The notes beneath the pieces were generated by a model, which was not told the DNA's origin, did not search any database, and was given only the letters and a program-made list of their open reading frames with translations. DNA of 64,000 nt, taken from NCBI RefSeq assembly GCF_009914755.1, contig NC_060926.1; one strand, 5' to 3'. Of this stretch, positions 32,992-46,320 are shown in pieces (the first letter of the stretch is position 1; every line of letters starts with the position of its first letter). Source of the stretch: the human T2T-CHM13v2.0 reference genome, Homo sapiens. The position numbers and the translations under genes were made by a program.

Positions 32992-34805
32992 TTAGTTTTA
33001 CATAAAGGGAGACCGGCCCACCCCGCAGGTGGTCCCTGTCCCTGCAGTCAGCTGAGACATTATTCTTATAAGGTGTTGGCCTGTTTACCTGGGTGTACCA
33101 GAAACTGGGGCTTGGTATTCCTCACCATGAACTGCATTTACTGCTCTGTCCTCAATATTTTTTAGTGATGTTCATGTCAGGACACCAGTAAGTAATATTG
33201 GGGTGGCAGGTGGTAGGTAGTGTTCAAGGAGACCGGTTACCTCCCTTTTGTGTCTGGTCCTGTGTCAGTGTAGTAAGTCTGCCCTGGAGGAATTGCACAG
33301 CTTCTGCATACTTGCTGTATAGCTGAGCCATTTAGCAAGGTTGACACCTAGGTGGCATTTGCTATAGAGATGCTAGTCAAGGTGATGCAAGGGATTTCCC
33401 CACTCTCCAGGAAGAGCGTAACCACAGGGAAGGGGAGCTTGCTCCAGTTCTGTGGGTGAAAGTGAAATGTGAAGATTGCCACAAGTTCTGTCACTTGGGC
33501 AGACCAAGTTCATGGGTGCCTATAGCATATCCAGCATTGGAACAGGCTATTTCCCTTCACTGTGATGTGGGGAAAACTGACTATTGTATTGTCTTCCCGG
33601 AGACCACTGGCCATGGTAATAAAAGGGACTAACCAGTAGAGAGAGACCAAGTTCATTGTATATACTACATGGTGATTTAGCACCAGTTAAGAGTTTTTAC
33701 AGAATGTAAAAGAGCATAGAGATTCCTCTAAGAATGAAGAAATTCCTGATACATCGAGAGCATTGCAAGGGCACATTTTACTTATCTATGTCCTTTCTCT
33801 GGAAGAGGAGCTTAAGATCAGAGGCCAGTTCATAGGAATAAGTTGGATCTAATGAAGCCTGGTCTGAGGGCGCTGGTGCAGGCTTCATTCAGGAATGACA
33901 GATCCAGGGTGTGAGTCCCTGCAATTTAAGAGAAGAATGAGTGGTTATCACCACAGGGTAGGGCCCAGTCCAGACAGGATTTAGCTGGTCTTGAGGTGAT
34001 TTAGATTTCCAAGTCTTAAGGTGACCTCAGTCTCAAGGTTGATATAGGTGAAGCTTAACATCAGTGGGAACTGGAAGACAGGTTCACATATTAGATTGAG
34101 AGCTTGTGTTAGTTTTCCTAAATACACAATATGTTTTACATCCCTCTCAGTCTCACCATCAGGGCATGTCAAAGGTTCCATTGTGCCAGGGTAAGCTCTT
34201 CCATATAGTAATTCAAAAGGGCTAAGTCTCACTTTCCCTTTTGGTGCCAGCTGAAGTCATGTTAGTGTGATGGAGAGGCACTTCAGCCAGCTTTCATGAG
34301 TTTCCTGGCATGGTTTAGCTAAAGTGACCTTTATGGTTCTATTAGTATCTTTGTCCTTTTCAGATGACTGGGGCCTCCAGTCTGCATGTAGTCTCCATTT
34401 GATTTCCAAGGCAGAGAATACCCCCTGGCTAACTTTGGAAATGAAGGCAGCTCCATTGTCACTCTGGATCAATCAAGGTAAGCCACACTTCAAGAGGATG
34501 TCTTTAAGTAAAGCTCTGGCATCATTTGCCTTTTCTGTGTGACAAGGTAAGGCTTCTATCCAGCCAGTAAAGGTGTCCACACAAACCAGCTGGTACATGA
34601 GGTTTCCAGGTGCCTGGAGCATCACTGTAAAGTCTATTTGCCATTCTTCTCCTGGTATGCCCGCCTCCGCCCCTTAGTTGAGGCACAGAGAGCCTGGTCT
34701 GAGCATTATTCTGTACATATTTGTGGCACTTGTTAGAGATTTAGTCTATTTGACCACTTGGATCGGGTACCTTTATTACACTCATCAACCAATTGTGTAA
34801 GGTTT

Positions 34806-35182
34806 TGATATGGTTAGGCTTTGCGTCCCCACCCAAATCTCATCTTGAATTGTAATCCTCGTAATCCCCACGTGCCTAGGGAGAGACCTGTGTAGATGAT
34901 TGAATCATGGGGGAGGTTTCTCCCATACTGTTCTCGTGATAGTGAATTCTCACAAGATCTGATGGATTTATGAGGGGCTCTTTCCCCTTCGCTCCTCACT
35001 CTTCTCTCTCCTGCCGCTGCCGTGTGAGAAAGCCTAAGCTTGCCTCCCGGTTGCCTTCTGCCATGATTGTAAGTTTCCTGAGGCCTCCCCAGCCATGCGG
35101 AACTGTGAGTCCATTAAACCTCTTTCCTTTATAAATTACCCAGTCTCAAGTATTTCTTTACAGCAGTGTGAGAACAGATACC
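34806..35182 (+). mobile_element. THE1/MST-type MaLR solo LTR inserted in ERV integrase
   Basis: tgatatggtt...cccacccaaatctcatcttgaattg start; attaaacctctttcc...aattacccagtctc end. Confidence 0.92.
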
Positions 35183-36324
35183 AAAATGTGATGATTCATG
35201 GACATATTTAATTACAGCCCAGCCTAGGTTTTCTGGAATCTGGAGTCTTCCTTTGTCATTGATAGCTCATCCTTCCAAATCCAAATGTGGGAGATACCTT
35301 TCCCATTTGGATTTTTCTAATTTCTGAGTAGTAGGGCCAAAACTTGTGGAGTGACAAATCTGGGGATCAGGGTCATTTGCAAACTTTGAACTGTTCATGC
35401 TGCCTTCTTAGCAGCTGTGTCTGCTAGGTTATTTCCTTTTATAACCTCAGAATTCCCCTCTGGTGTCCCCAGCAGTGGACCGCCACTAACCTTTTAGGTA
35501 ACTGTACTACCTGTAACAGCTGTAATATTTCTTATGCACGTCTTATCTCCTTATTGTCCACAGTCATGGTTCCAAGGGGGATAATCCCAGAGGCATACTT
35601 GTCATCTCTCTAGGAATGGGGATGGATTTTCATTAGGGTCTTGTTCTGTTTCCTGGAGTTTTCCCCAATTGATTGGCTTACTTCCCTCATGCCTCTGAGT
35701 AGCATATTGCTACAATGATCCCTGTTATCACTGGAGTCCCAGTTTGGGTCGGCTGTTGGGACTGACACCTCAGCAGCCAAGTAGATTTGGTAGCCCATGT
35801 TATCAGCCTACATTTTGTCTGCCTCTTCCTTAGCTTTGGCCGTGATGGTAGATTTCTTTTCCACCACGAGCAGAGTTGCCATTAAGGTCTGCATGTCTGA
35901 CCAGGTGAGGTTATGTGTGAAGAATATTCCCCTTCTGAGAGTTCTGAACTCTCATGGGCTCACTGGTAAGCCTTTAATATTGGATTTCTCATTGTACAAA
36001 TCAGTAGTTGTAAGAGGTACATAGACCCAAACAAAACCTCCCTCTCCATCACACACCTGCCTGGGTGGGAACCATCCCACTCTGGGGTTCCCTCTCAGGG
36101 AACTTGTTATGCTGGTAACTTGAGCTACCAAATCTATTGACTACTGAGGTGTCAGTCCTAACACAACCCAAAGTGTGACCCCAGTGATAATGGGGATCAA
36201 CAACAGCCAGATCATTATGGGAATATGCTGCTCAGAGGCATGAGGGAAGTAAGCCAGCCACCAGTCAGAAGGGGAGTGGTGAGTGGTGCTGCCTGGCAAA
36301 GAGGGATACATCTGCAAGCCTCAT

Positions 36325-36780
36325 AAAATGAGTTGGGATGAGGTTTTTCTTTTTTATTCTCTAGAAGAATTTAATGTAGTTTATTGCTTAAATGATTAGG
36401 AGAATTCACCAGTGAAACCCATCTGGGCCTGAACTTTCTTTTGTGGAAATCATTTTTTTCAGTAGCTATTCAGATTTCAGTTTTCCTTTTATGCCAAGGT
36501 TTGGCAAGTTTTGTTTTTCAAGGAATTTGTCCATTTCATAGTTACAAATTGATTGATCCAATGTTATAATATCCTTTTGTTAATGTCTGGAGGTTCTAGG
36601 ATCTGTAATGATGTTCCATTTTTATTCCTGATATTATTTTTGCCTCCTGTCATTTTTACCTGATCACTCTTTCCAAGGGGTGTATACATTTCACTGGTAT
36701 TGTCAAATAACCCACTTTGGGTTTTATTGATTTTTCTCTATCATATATTGGTCTTATATTGATTTTTTGTTGTTTATTTT
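36325..36780 (-). mobile_element. L1M ORF2 fragment inserted in ERV gag
   Basis: Antisense L1 motifs (aatgagttggga, gaattcaccagtgaa, ggaatttgtccattt). Confidence 0.75.
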
Positions 36781-37385
36781 GGGGCCTGCTGTTGCCATAG
36801 CAGGAGCCACAGCCAGCTCCACAGAATTCGGAAGGCCTGGCAAGTATGGAGGAAGACCCTTGCTTTCCCCTGGAGGTGCTGAGAGTTTAATTCCAGAGGA
36901 AGTAGGGGAGTTATTTCCCTGTATTGGCAAAGGTTCTAGTTTTTGAGTAGGACTAAAGGACCTCACCTCTCTTGAAGGAGAAGTAGAGAGGCTTCTTCTC
37001 ATTCCCTTCCCTACAAGTCCCCACATGACTGGTTCTTCCTCTCCAGGGGCTTCTAGAATTAGCAACGTTGTTCCCTTTGGTCCTTTGACCAATTACATAT
37101 CCTGCACTTCTTCTGTAAGGCTGGGTGTTGATAGAGGGCCATAAGACATTATACATAAGGTATTTTATCCCATTTACCTTGTTTCTTATAAAATAAGTCC
37201 CAGTTGGAGAATTGTATTACTAATGTATGTAAGTAACTCATGTTCAGACCATCTCTCCTGATTCCCTAGGGAACAATGGGGCCACATGGCATTACGGTAA
37301 TATATCATTTGCTTTTTGGTCATGGATATGGGCATCCAAATAGTTTTCAGTGCCGGAGGAGCCACTGTAACGGGCTCTCCTCCAG

Positions 37386-37429
37386 TATTGAGACCTGGTT
37401 CCCCATATTGAGACCTGGTTCCCCATATT
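37386..37429. repeat. Perfect 20-bp tandem duplication TATTGAGACCTGGTTCCCCA x2
   Basis: Read directly. Confidence 0.9.
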
Positions 37430-38425
37430 CTAGGGTCTTTGCCCAGAAGGCTGATTCCACTCTCCAAGGAGCTTCCACTGGGGATTGGTGATGACACAAA
37501 TCCTGTAACTCTTAGCCTGTAGGATATTTCTGGTCCTTTCAGCTTGCCACTACACCCAGGCCACCATGGAGTGGAGGTACTGGGGAGCTAGGAGAGGATA
37601 ATAGGGGTTGCCTCTCCCTGGATCATGTTCAGTCTGGGTAGCTTCGCTGGAGATCTCATGGAGATTCCAGAGTAGTTCCGGATCCAGCTTGAGTGGTGGG
37701 AGGTATGTAAATCAATCAAGTAAGCAAGGTGTTCTTTCGGGAGAGGGTGCATGCTCTGCTCATGTAAACTCTGCATCACTGTATTTTGGTTCCAGGAATT
37801 ATAATCCCACCCAAACTGCACCATTCTAAATTAGGCCTCTTCAAATCAATAACAGTTCTTCTGTGACTGCTGGAAAATGGAAGCCCACTATTTTAGGGAT
37901 TACCACAGACTAAGGGGAAGGGAATCCAGACTTCACATGCATTCAGGTCACAAAGATGCATAAGTATTGCCAAAAGTGACAAGCATTCAGCCTACAGATA
38001 TACCAGACAGGGACAAAGTCTTGAAGATGAGACTCCTCGTCTATATTAGGGCTTCCCCTTGTTAAAATGGATGAAGATGTCTCTCAACTCCTAGACCTGA
38101 AGGGGAGTCCTGCCCGTTCCCAACAATCCTGGATCCCTTGAGCTAGGTCCTAAACCTGACAACCCAGAGTCCTAATAATCAAAACCAAAACCACTCTTTT
38201 AGTCAGTTCACAGAACCACCACCACTTACTGCCTCAAAGTTGCACCAAATGAAAGGTCCAAGCAGCCACTTCTGCTCTCCTGGTGGGGGCGGAAGGGGGT
38301 CCCTGAGCCCCTTCACCAATCTCCCTCTCGGCAACTTAGGCAACTTAACCCACTCATGCTTCCTCAGACTGCTGCTTCGCCTGTGAGCAAGCCTATAAGA
38401 GAGATCGAGTCAGGGCTCAGTCCAT

Positions 38426-38445
38426 AGTCCCATCTGGATCAACCA
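38426..38445 (-). other. Primer-binding site resembling the tRNA-Arg(CCG) 3' end
   Basis: + strand AGTCCCATCTGGATCAACCA versus tRNA-Arg 3' end AGTCCCATCTGGGTCGCCA (recalled), next to the 5' LTR. Confidence 0.7.
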
Positions 38446-39222
38446 GATTTGTTTCCCAGGCCCTCCCACCCCACCACCTCCAAAAAAAAAGCAAGGTTTG
38501 TTTGCCTGGTGAGTAACAAAAGTTGCTGAGAACACAGGTTTTGATCAATAGGAGTTTTATTACTTGTCGCAAGTAGGAAGAGCACTAAGAATATTTGCCA
38601 AAGCAGTGTCTCTTAAGAAAAAATGACAGGAAGGCTTTATGGAGTGATCAGTGATCGAGAGGGGAGAAGATGCATCATCACATGAAGAGGAGGGGTCCCA
38701 GTGACACAGATGTAGGGAATCATCGTGCCACCACATAGGACGCATGCTATGGTAATGAAACTATAGCTCTCCCAAGGTGCAGGATTTAGCATTGTAATGA
38801 GGAAAGTTCACTGTAAGTGAGTTCATCTATAAGTTGCTGGGGTCTGTCAGGAGCAGGTTCCAACTGACTAGGTGACCACATTTCACACAGGATTTGAGAC
38901 AAAACCGTCTGCAAGGCAGAAGGCTCTAAAACAGGCTAATTACTCAAACTCATTAAATTCCTTCACTCCCTGAGGGCCCGCCCTGTCTTGTCTATATAGC
39001 CAGTCCTTAGAAAGTGAGGCCAAGCTGAACTGTTGACCCAGTCTATGTCTTTACGAGTCTGGGAGCTGGGTGATTTTACCTCCAATACTAGACTTATTTT
39101 TACTGGTTCTGAAGCCTTGCTTACAGCCCTTTCCCAGTTTCTCACGAAATACTCATGAAAGGGGATGGTGGGGAGTGGGCATGGGAAAAAGGGAATGGTA
39201 TTAAAATTAAAGCTAGCATCAT

Positions 39223-39240
39223 TGGCCTCCAGGGGGCACT
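39223..39240 (+). promoter_or_regulatory. Candidate CTCF site TGGCCTCCAGGGGGCACT
   Basis: Close match to core consensus TGGCCACCAGGGGGCGCT in non-repeat-looking DNA. Confidence 0.55.
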
Positions 39241-40049
39241 CATGGCTCATCTCCATAGCCCTTGGCTCTTGCAGCTGCCCAAGATGAGGGTCCTGATCTA
39301 AGGAGACTCCACCACCACCAAGGCTGGGGTGGTGGCAATGGGGGCATTATTTTCCAAACCTGACTAGGCCACATTTTAAGTCGATCATAGTCACAAGGAA
39401 CATAGATGTGGACTATTAATTTTCTTTGCCTGAGCAGCCGTAGCCCTATGTGCTCCTCTCCAGCCTTTCAGAGAGCTATGATGGGCCAAAAAATGCTCAG
39501 TAGCCCAAGCCATCTCCCTGCATAGACACTAGAGTAAAATCTCTGCCTATGTGCGTGTGTGTCTTACTCTGTCCTGGACTTGTTTCCTACAGTGCTGGTG
39601 GCTTTACTTTGGATACTCTGATTGTTGCGGAGATGAGACCCAAGGCTCCACTCTGGAGAAAATAGAGCCCTCTTGAGAGGTCAGCCAAACTTGCTAGACT
39701 TCTTATGCGGTTTGGGGTTCAACGTTCTGGCCTGTCCCCCGAAAGTCATGGCCAAATTCACATATTCCTTTGATCCCTGATGCCATCTCATCACAGTGTT
39801 CGTCTGGCCTCACCATTGCTACACTAAGTCCAGGAACCTCAAGGAACTATGAGACAGGTAGGGCTAGACTTAACAAAATGGCTATCACAGTCTTCATTTC
39901 ATGAGACAGAGGTGAACTGAGAAAAGGTGGAAGGTGCTTCAGAGACTTCGCCGTATTCATCCCTAACTTAGGCAGAGAGCCTTGGCCACACAGGAAACTG
40001 GGGAAGACCCTTCTCATACTCAGGAGTCCCCCACACTGGTGCCGTCTTA

Positions 40050-40370
<321 letters not shown>

Positions 40371-40969
40371 TTTTTTTTTTTTAAGTGGGTTTTCTTGAAT
40401 GGCACACAGAAAATAAACAAGCAAAATGAGAGATCAGAGATGCTGGAAAAGACCAGGGAGATCTGATGGTTAAATCAGATCATCTAAATGTTGAGGAGAC
40501 ATTTGGACATCTGATAGAGTTTGGCATTGAATAAGTGATAATACACAGAAAACTGAACAATGGCAAAAAGAAAAGTATCAATTCTAAGGGAAAAGATTCA
40601 AATCAAAAGCCTTCAGGAAAGGATAAGTCATCATGGTTTACTGTATAGCTTAGCTTAAAATGACACAGAATAGTGGAGTAGCCCAAAGGGCCATCTAACC
40701 ACACTGGGAAGCTGAGCAGGGGAGGAGTGCGTATATGCATGGAGGAGACTTGTCTTCACCCTCAGCAGCTGAGAGCAGACAGGCTAGACCTGGACAATGG
40801 AGCAGGAGCCACACAGCCTGTGAAACATGTGCCGGGGAATGTAGAGGCTGCTGTTTCACATGACAGAGCCGTCAAACCCTGGCTGTTTAAAAGGGGTACA
40901 TACATAATTTTAATAGAAATAAAAACCAAAAAGAAAAAAGGCTTAAGTGAGAAAGGCAAAACCATTACA

Positions 40970-42570
40970 ATTTTTAGAGGAAAACATGAGAGTAAGAACA
41001 GAAAAATGTCTAAAGGGGCAAAGTGCTAACCATAAAGAAAAAGACTGATAAATTCATCTTGATAAATTTTTTATCAAAAGGCACCATAAAGACAGTGAAA
41101 AAACAAGGCTCAAAATGGGAGAAGATAATTGCAGCACATCTGACCAGCAAAGAGTTTGTATCCAGAATATATAAAGAACTTCTATGAGTCAGTTTTTTAA
41201 AAACACAATTTATATTTAAGTCTCTTTAAAACAAATAGATAATTCATAGAAATATGGTGATATGGTTTGGCTGTGTCCCCACCCAAATCTCATCTAAAAT
41301 AGTAGCTCCCATAATTTCCACATGTTGTGGGAGGGACCCAGTGGGAGGTAATTGTATCATGGGGTGGGTTTTCCCCATGCTGTTCTCGTGATAGTAAATA
41401 AGTCTCATGAGATCTGATGGTTTTATAAAGGGCAGTTCCCCTGCACACCCTCTCTTGCCTACCGCCACGTAAGATGTGTCTTTGCTCCTCCTTCACGTTC
41501 CGCCATGATTGGTCTGCACCCAAATCTCATCTTGAATTATAGCTCCCATAATCCCCATGTGTTGTGGAGGGACCTGGTGGGAGGTAATTGAATCATGGGG
41601 GCAGGTTTTTCCCATGTTGTTCTCATGATAGTGAATAAGTCTCATAAGATCTGAGGGTTTTATAAAAGGCAGTTCCCTTGCACACGCTTTCTTGCCTACC
41701 ATCATGTAAGATATGCCTTTTTCTTTATAAATTACCCAATCTTGGGTATTTCTTCATAGCAGTATGAAAATGGACTAATACACATGGGCTAAACTCATGA
41801 GCAGGCAACTTTATAGAAAAACACAAATAGCTCATAAACACAAAATATAGATTGAGTTCATTATTAATTAGGGAAATGCCTTTTATGGATAGAATAAAAT
41901 ACCTTTTTACACTCCCTGGATTGGCACAAAGTTTTGTCTGACAGTCTAAATGTTGACAGGGATGTTGATTAACTGGAATTCACACACTGCTTGAGGAAGC
42001 TTGCATTCACTCTGTCATTCAGCACTTCTGAAAAGTGCACACCAATAATCAGCCCAGGAAGGTTCACAAAAACATCTTCAGCAAAGATGTCCTTTCACCC
42101 TAGCAAAGAACCAGAAACAACTCAACTCAAGTGTCCTTTGACAAGAGAATGGGTAAAAAGCAAGTGGTATGTCATGCAAAAGAGTTCTAGACAGAAGGGA
42201 AAATTAAAGAACATCAAAGTTAGTAAGTCTTCGAGATGATGTTGAGTAGGAAAAAAACTACAGAAAATATATTGTATGATACTTTCATCATAAGGTTCAA
42301 AAGCAAGCCAAGGTAAACATGTTGTGCATGGACACCTAGGGACCCATGTCATTTTAGGATCAAACATAGATGGATAGATGATAGATAGAGAGATGGATTT
42401 TTTTTTTAACTCAAAATAGTGGGAGCTAGGATTGGAGAAGAGACACTTAGCTTTGAAAGTATTGTCAAATGTAGTGACCTTTCTAGTTCATTCAGGTGCT
42501 GGGTTCAGGGGTATTCATTTTATTATGCACCATAATTTATGTGAGATGTTTTATTATATCAAATATGTTC
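40970..42570 (+). mobile_element. Degraded L1ME-type 3' region interrupted by THE1
   Basis: Sense L1 motifs (tgggagaagata, tatccagaatatataaagaact, gggaaatgc). Confidence 0.7.
41258..41782 (+). mobile_element. THE1 LTR remnant made of two fused partial LTR copies
   Basis: TGATATGG start; ACTAATACA end; 5-bp TSD TATGG/CATGG; LTR sequence restarts at about 41517. Confidence 0.9.
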
Positions 42571-43617
42571 TAATCTTACAGTAAGCAGTTGTTAAACAGA
42601 TTTATAACTACATATAATGTGTGGGTCTTATGAACAATGCTGCTGTGAATATCAGCACCCAACTACACTTGTCTCTCACGGCCTTTTGTAAGCCTGCTTA
42701 GTTGAGGAGTTTCTTCCTTATACTGGAGATGAGAACTCAGGTAATGCCTCGACTGTTCTGATCACTGTTAGGGGATTACACATTCTACCCAGCTGACTTT
42801 TCACTGAAAGCCCAGTCTCCACTCAATAAGTAAAAGTGTAATAATCGAAACTCCCAACTTGAGTTCCACTTAAAATCTTCTCTCTTCCCCTGCCAGGCCT
42901 CTCTGCACCACCTAGGGGAGCATAGTCCCCTCTGTCCCTGCCTGACAGGGCTCTCCTCCTCAGCAGCACAGGGAGGTGTCTGACCCATCTGTGTGTGTGT
43001 GTCTATGTGGTAGGGATGGGGACCACAGCTTGTCGTCCTGCCCTCTCACCCTGGCAGTTCATTGTCTCAAGCTGACTTTCTTGGGTGTTTTCATGGCTTC
43101 TTCTGAGGCCTCCCTCTGGAATATTGGATCGTAACTCCAGCAATGCAAGCAATAGGTTTTCCTCCAGCTTCTGGTCCTCCTCCTCCTCCTCCTCCCCAAA
43201 TCTGGTTTCTAGCAGTCACTCCACTGAGACTCAGAGTCTTCTTGGCCCAGTGCCAGCCTCTTGCATGTCCCAAATCTTGTCCTCAGGAAACACTTATGCA
43301 TCCTATGCTGGGGTGAACTCTTAAGAGTGCAGGATCACCTCATGGCCACAGCCTAGCTAGGCCCTGAAACCCACACTCAGGGTTTCTCAGATATGAGTCA
43401 GCCCCAGGCCACTGAACCTCTCCCATTGCAGGGAATCCCTGTCAAGTGGTGAAAGCCAGCATCTAGACCTGGAGTCACAGGCACCTGTAGCATAACTCCT
43501 CCTGAAATGGAGGTTTTTCTTTAGAGATTGGTCCATATCCCTTATCCCTGGACTTCTGAGAAGGGTGGACAACCTGTGGACTGGACTTGAGTCTGGAATT
43601 TAGAGAAGTGTCCATAG

Positions 43618-43700
43618 TAGGGCTGCCAGATGAGGCAAACACAAATACAGGATGCCCAATTAAATTTGAATTTCAGATAAATGATTTTTAATGTTTGATT
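43618..43700 (+). mobile_element. MER53-like hAT MITE fragment
   Basis: tagggctgccagat...aatacaggatgcccaattaaatttgaatttcagataaa. Confidence 0.7.
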
Positions 43701-43989
43701 CTGTCCCATGCTAAAAATTGCCCACTCTTTGTGATAAATTTAAATTTATTGGTCCATTCTGTACTTTATCAAGGACACACGCAGGAGGAACAGTAGCACA
43801 AAGGCTTCCCGGTGCCTTGTGGGTGAAAGAAAGGCTTCCAGGGAAAGGAGAGAAACACCCAGGGATCCCGGTGACGTCGGGAAGCAGCACCCAGACCATG
43901 TAAGGACACCGCCTGCAGGGGGAGACTCAAGGCCTGGGAAGATTTTCTAATCTGTGCCTTGAGTCGGGTGGGGGGATTTTCTGGGAAAA

Positions 43990-44275
43990 GAAAACCAGAC
44001 ACAGTAGGACAAATATTGTATAGTTTCACTTATATGAAATTGTCAGAATAGGCAAGTTCGTAGAGACAGAATGTAGAACAGGGCTTTCCGGGGGCTAGAG
44101 GAGAAGACAAGGAGTTCTTGCCTAGTGGGTACAGAGTTTCTGTTTGAAATGATGAAAAACTTCTGGAAATAGATTGTGGTGACAGTTACACACCATTGTG
44201 AACATAATTAGTACCACTGAACTGTACACGTTAAAATGGTTGTATGTTATATATATTTTACCATAATAAAAACTA
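43990..44275 (+). mobile_element. L1MB-type 3' end
   Basis: Sense L1 3'UTR with terminal aataaaa. Confidence 0.8.
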
Positions 44276-44764
44276 GGGGGAAAAAAAGGAAGGGGAGATT
44301 GTCTCAGGCTGGCTGACTTTCCCTGCATGTACGCACATCTTCACATGTGCACACATGTAAAACAAAAATGAAGCAAAAAAAGAAATTCTAATTTAACCAG
44401 TAAGCAATATGTAAAAGGAAATCTGAATGTCATTACAATTTTACCAGGTTCAGAATAAAATACCATCCTTCAAACTGAACAAATTACTTATTAGCTGAAG
44501 AGAGCTGAAAGGAAGTTTGGAATTAACAGTCTAGATTTTCTCACTAATGGGTCCAAGTCATTGACCTCTAAAATTATCTTAGAACATGCCCTCCCTCCTT
44601 CCTACTTTCTGGAAAACTATCAGTCTCCTACCCTATGCTTGCCCATAGAGTTCCATGTACAAATCACAAATCTGCATTTGCCGTTCCCTGGAAGCCCTTA
44701 CATTCCCAAGGGCTGGCCTCATCCACTGCCACCGAAAACAGCCCCAGTTCAGGCAAAGCAATCA

Positions 44765-44918
44765 CTCCCTCTCCCTCTCTGTCATTCCTTTCTTTTCCTT
44801 TCACTATCTCTCTACCCTCCTCTTCCCCACTCTCTGTTTCCTCTCTCTCTCTGTCTCTCTCTCTCCCCCACCATCTCCTCTCTCTTTCTCTCCCCCTGCC
44901 TTCTCTGTCTCTCTCTCT

Positions 44919-44959
<41 letters not shown>
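44765..44959. repeat. CT-rich tract followed by (CA)n microsatellite (44921-44959)
   Basis: Read directly. Confidence 0.9.
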
Positions 44960-44961
<2 letters not shown>

Positions 44962-45249
44962 CAGCAACATTCTACCTCAGCCAGAGTTCCAGGCCAATAG
45001 GTGTGGACTTTGACTTTCAGATTCCTCTGGCAAGTGTCAACATCAGTCCTGGTGCTCCCTGGCAGAGAAGGACTTGGAGTCACCTTGGCCAAGAAGCTGT
45101 CTGGAGGTCACAGTGGCACCGCCCATCGGCCCCTTGGCCGGAGCTAGGTGAGGGCAGATTCAGCACAGCAGCAACTCTCCCCATAAAAAAATCCCTCAGT
45201 GTCTTCTCTAACCCTTCTTATACTCCTTGTGAGTTTTAGAGCCACCTAA

Positions 45250-45470
45250 ACTCTTCTTTTTTCCCAATACATGGAGACAAAATTTACATAACATACAGTT
45301 AGCCATTTTCAAGTATACAGTTCCCTGCCATTTGGTACATTCACAGTGTTTTGCAAGCAACACCCATATCAAGCCCCAAAACATTTTCATTACCCAGGAA
45401 GGAAACCTGTCGTCATGGAACCGTCACTCCTCACATCCCCTTCCCCTCAAACCCTGGCAACCCCAAACTG
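45250..45470 (-). mobile_element. L1MB-type 3' end fragment
   Basis: Antisense L1 3' terminus motifs. Confidence 0.7.
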
Positions 45471-45976
45471 TTCTTGACAGCCTCCTTTGGCATTTCCTCA
45501 TTTTGGTGTCAGATCTCACAGCAGAATTTCTTACCTATTATATCCAGTGCCTCAGTGTGAAGTTCCGGTTTAACTTCTTGTTACCACGAGCCCACTATCT
45601 TGCCCCAATAATACCCTCCCCCAATTCACAAACACACAAGCATTCCCTCCTACAGCTTTGGGCCTCCTATCTGAGTCCTTCAGGAAAGAAGTGCTTGTAA
45701 CTCCCTTGGCAGTGAGTGTAGACTTGGTCCAAGGAAGATGAGCACCAGTCAGGGCAGCTGGTCCCTCTTCTCTCCCTGGCCATCAGCAAATCAGCACTGC
45801 CCATCGATGCCCAGGCAATGGGAGCGTCGACCAGCAGAGGACACACCTGAATTTCTCTGCCTCATGGGAGGGTGGCTGCTGTGTTGCATTTAGGAAGAAG
45901 CTGTGCAAGATTCATACTGTTTTGCTAATGTTAATCTTGTGGGCATAATAAACGTCGTACCCACACTTATTTTTCT

Positions 45977-46320
<344 letters not shown>

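Noticed and set aside
44561-45239. Overlapping 119-194 aa ORFs
   Set aside because: Caused by stop-poor CT/CA low-complexity sequence
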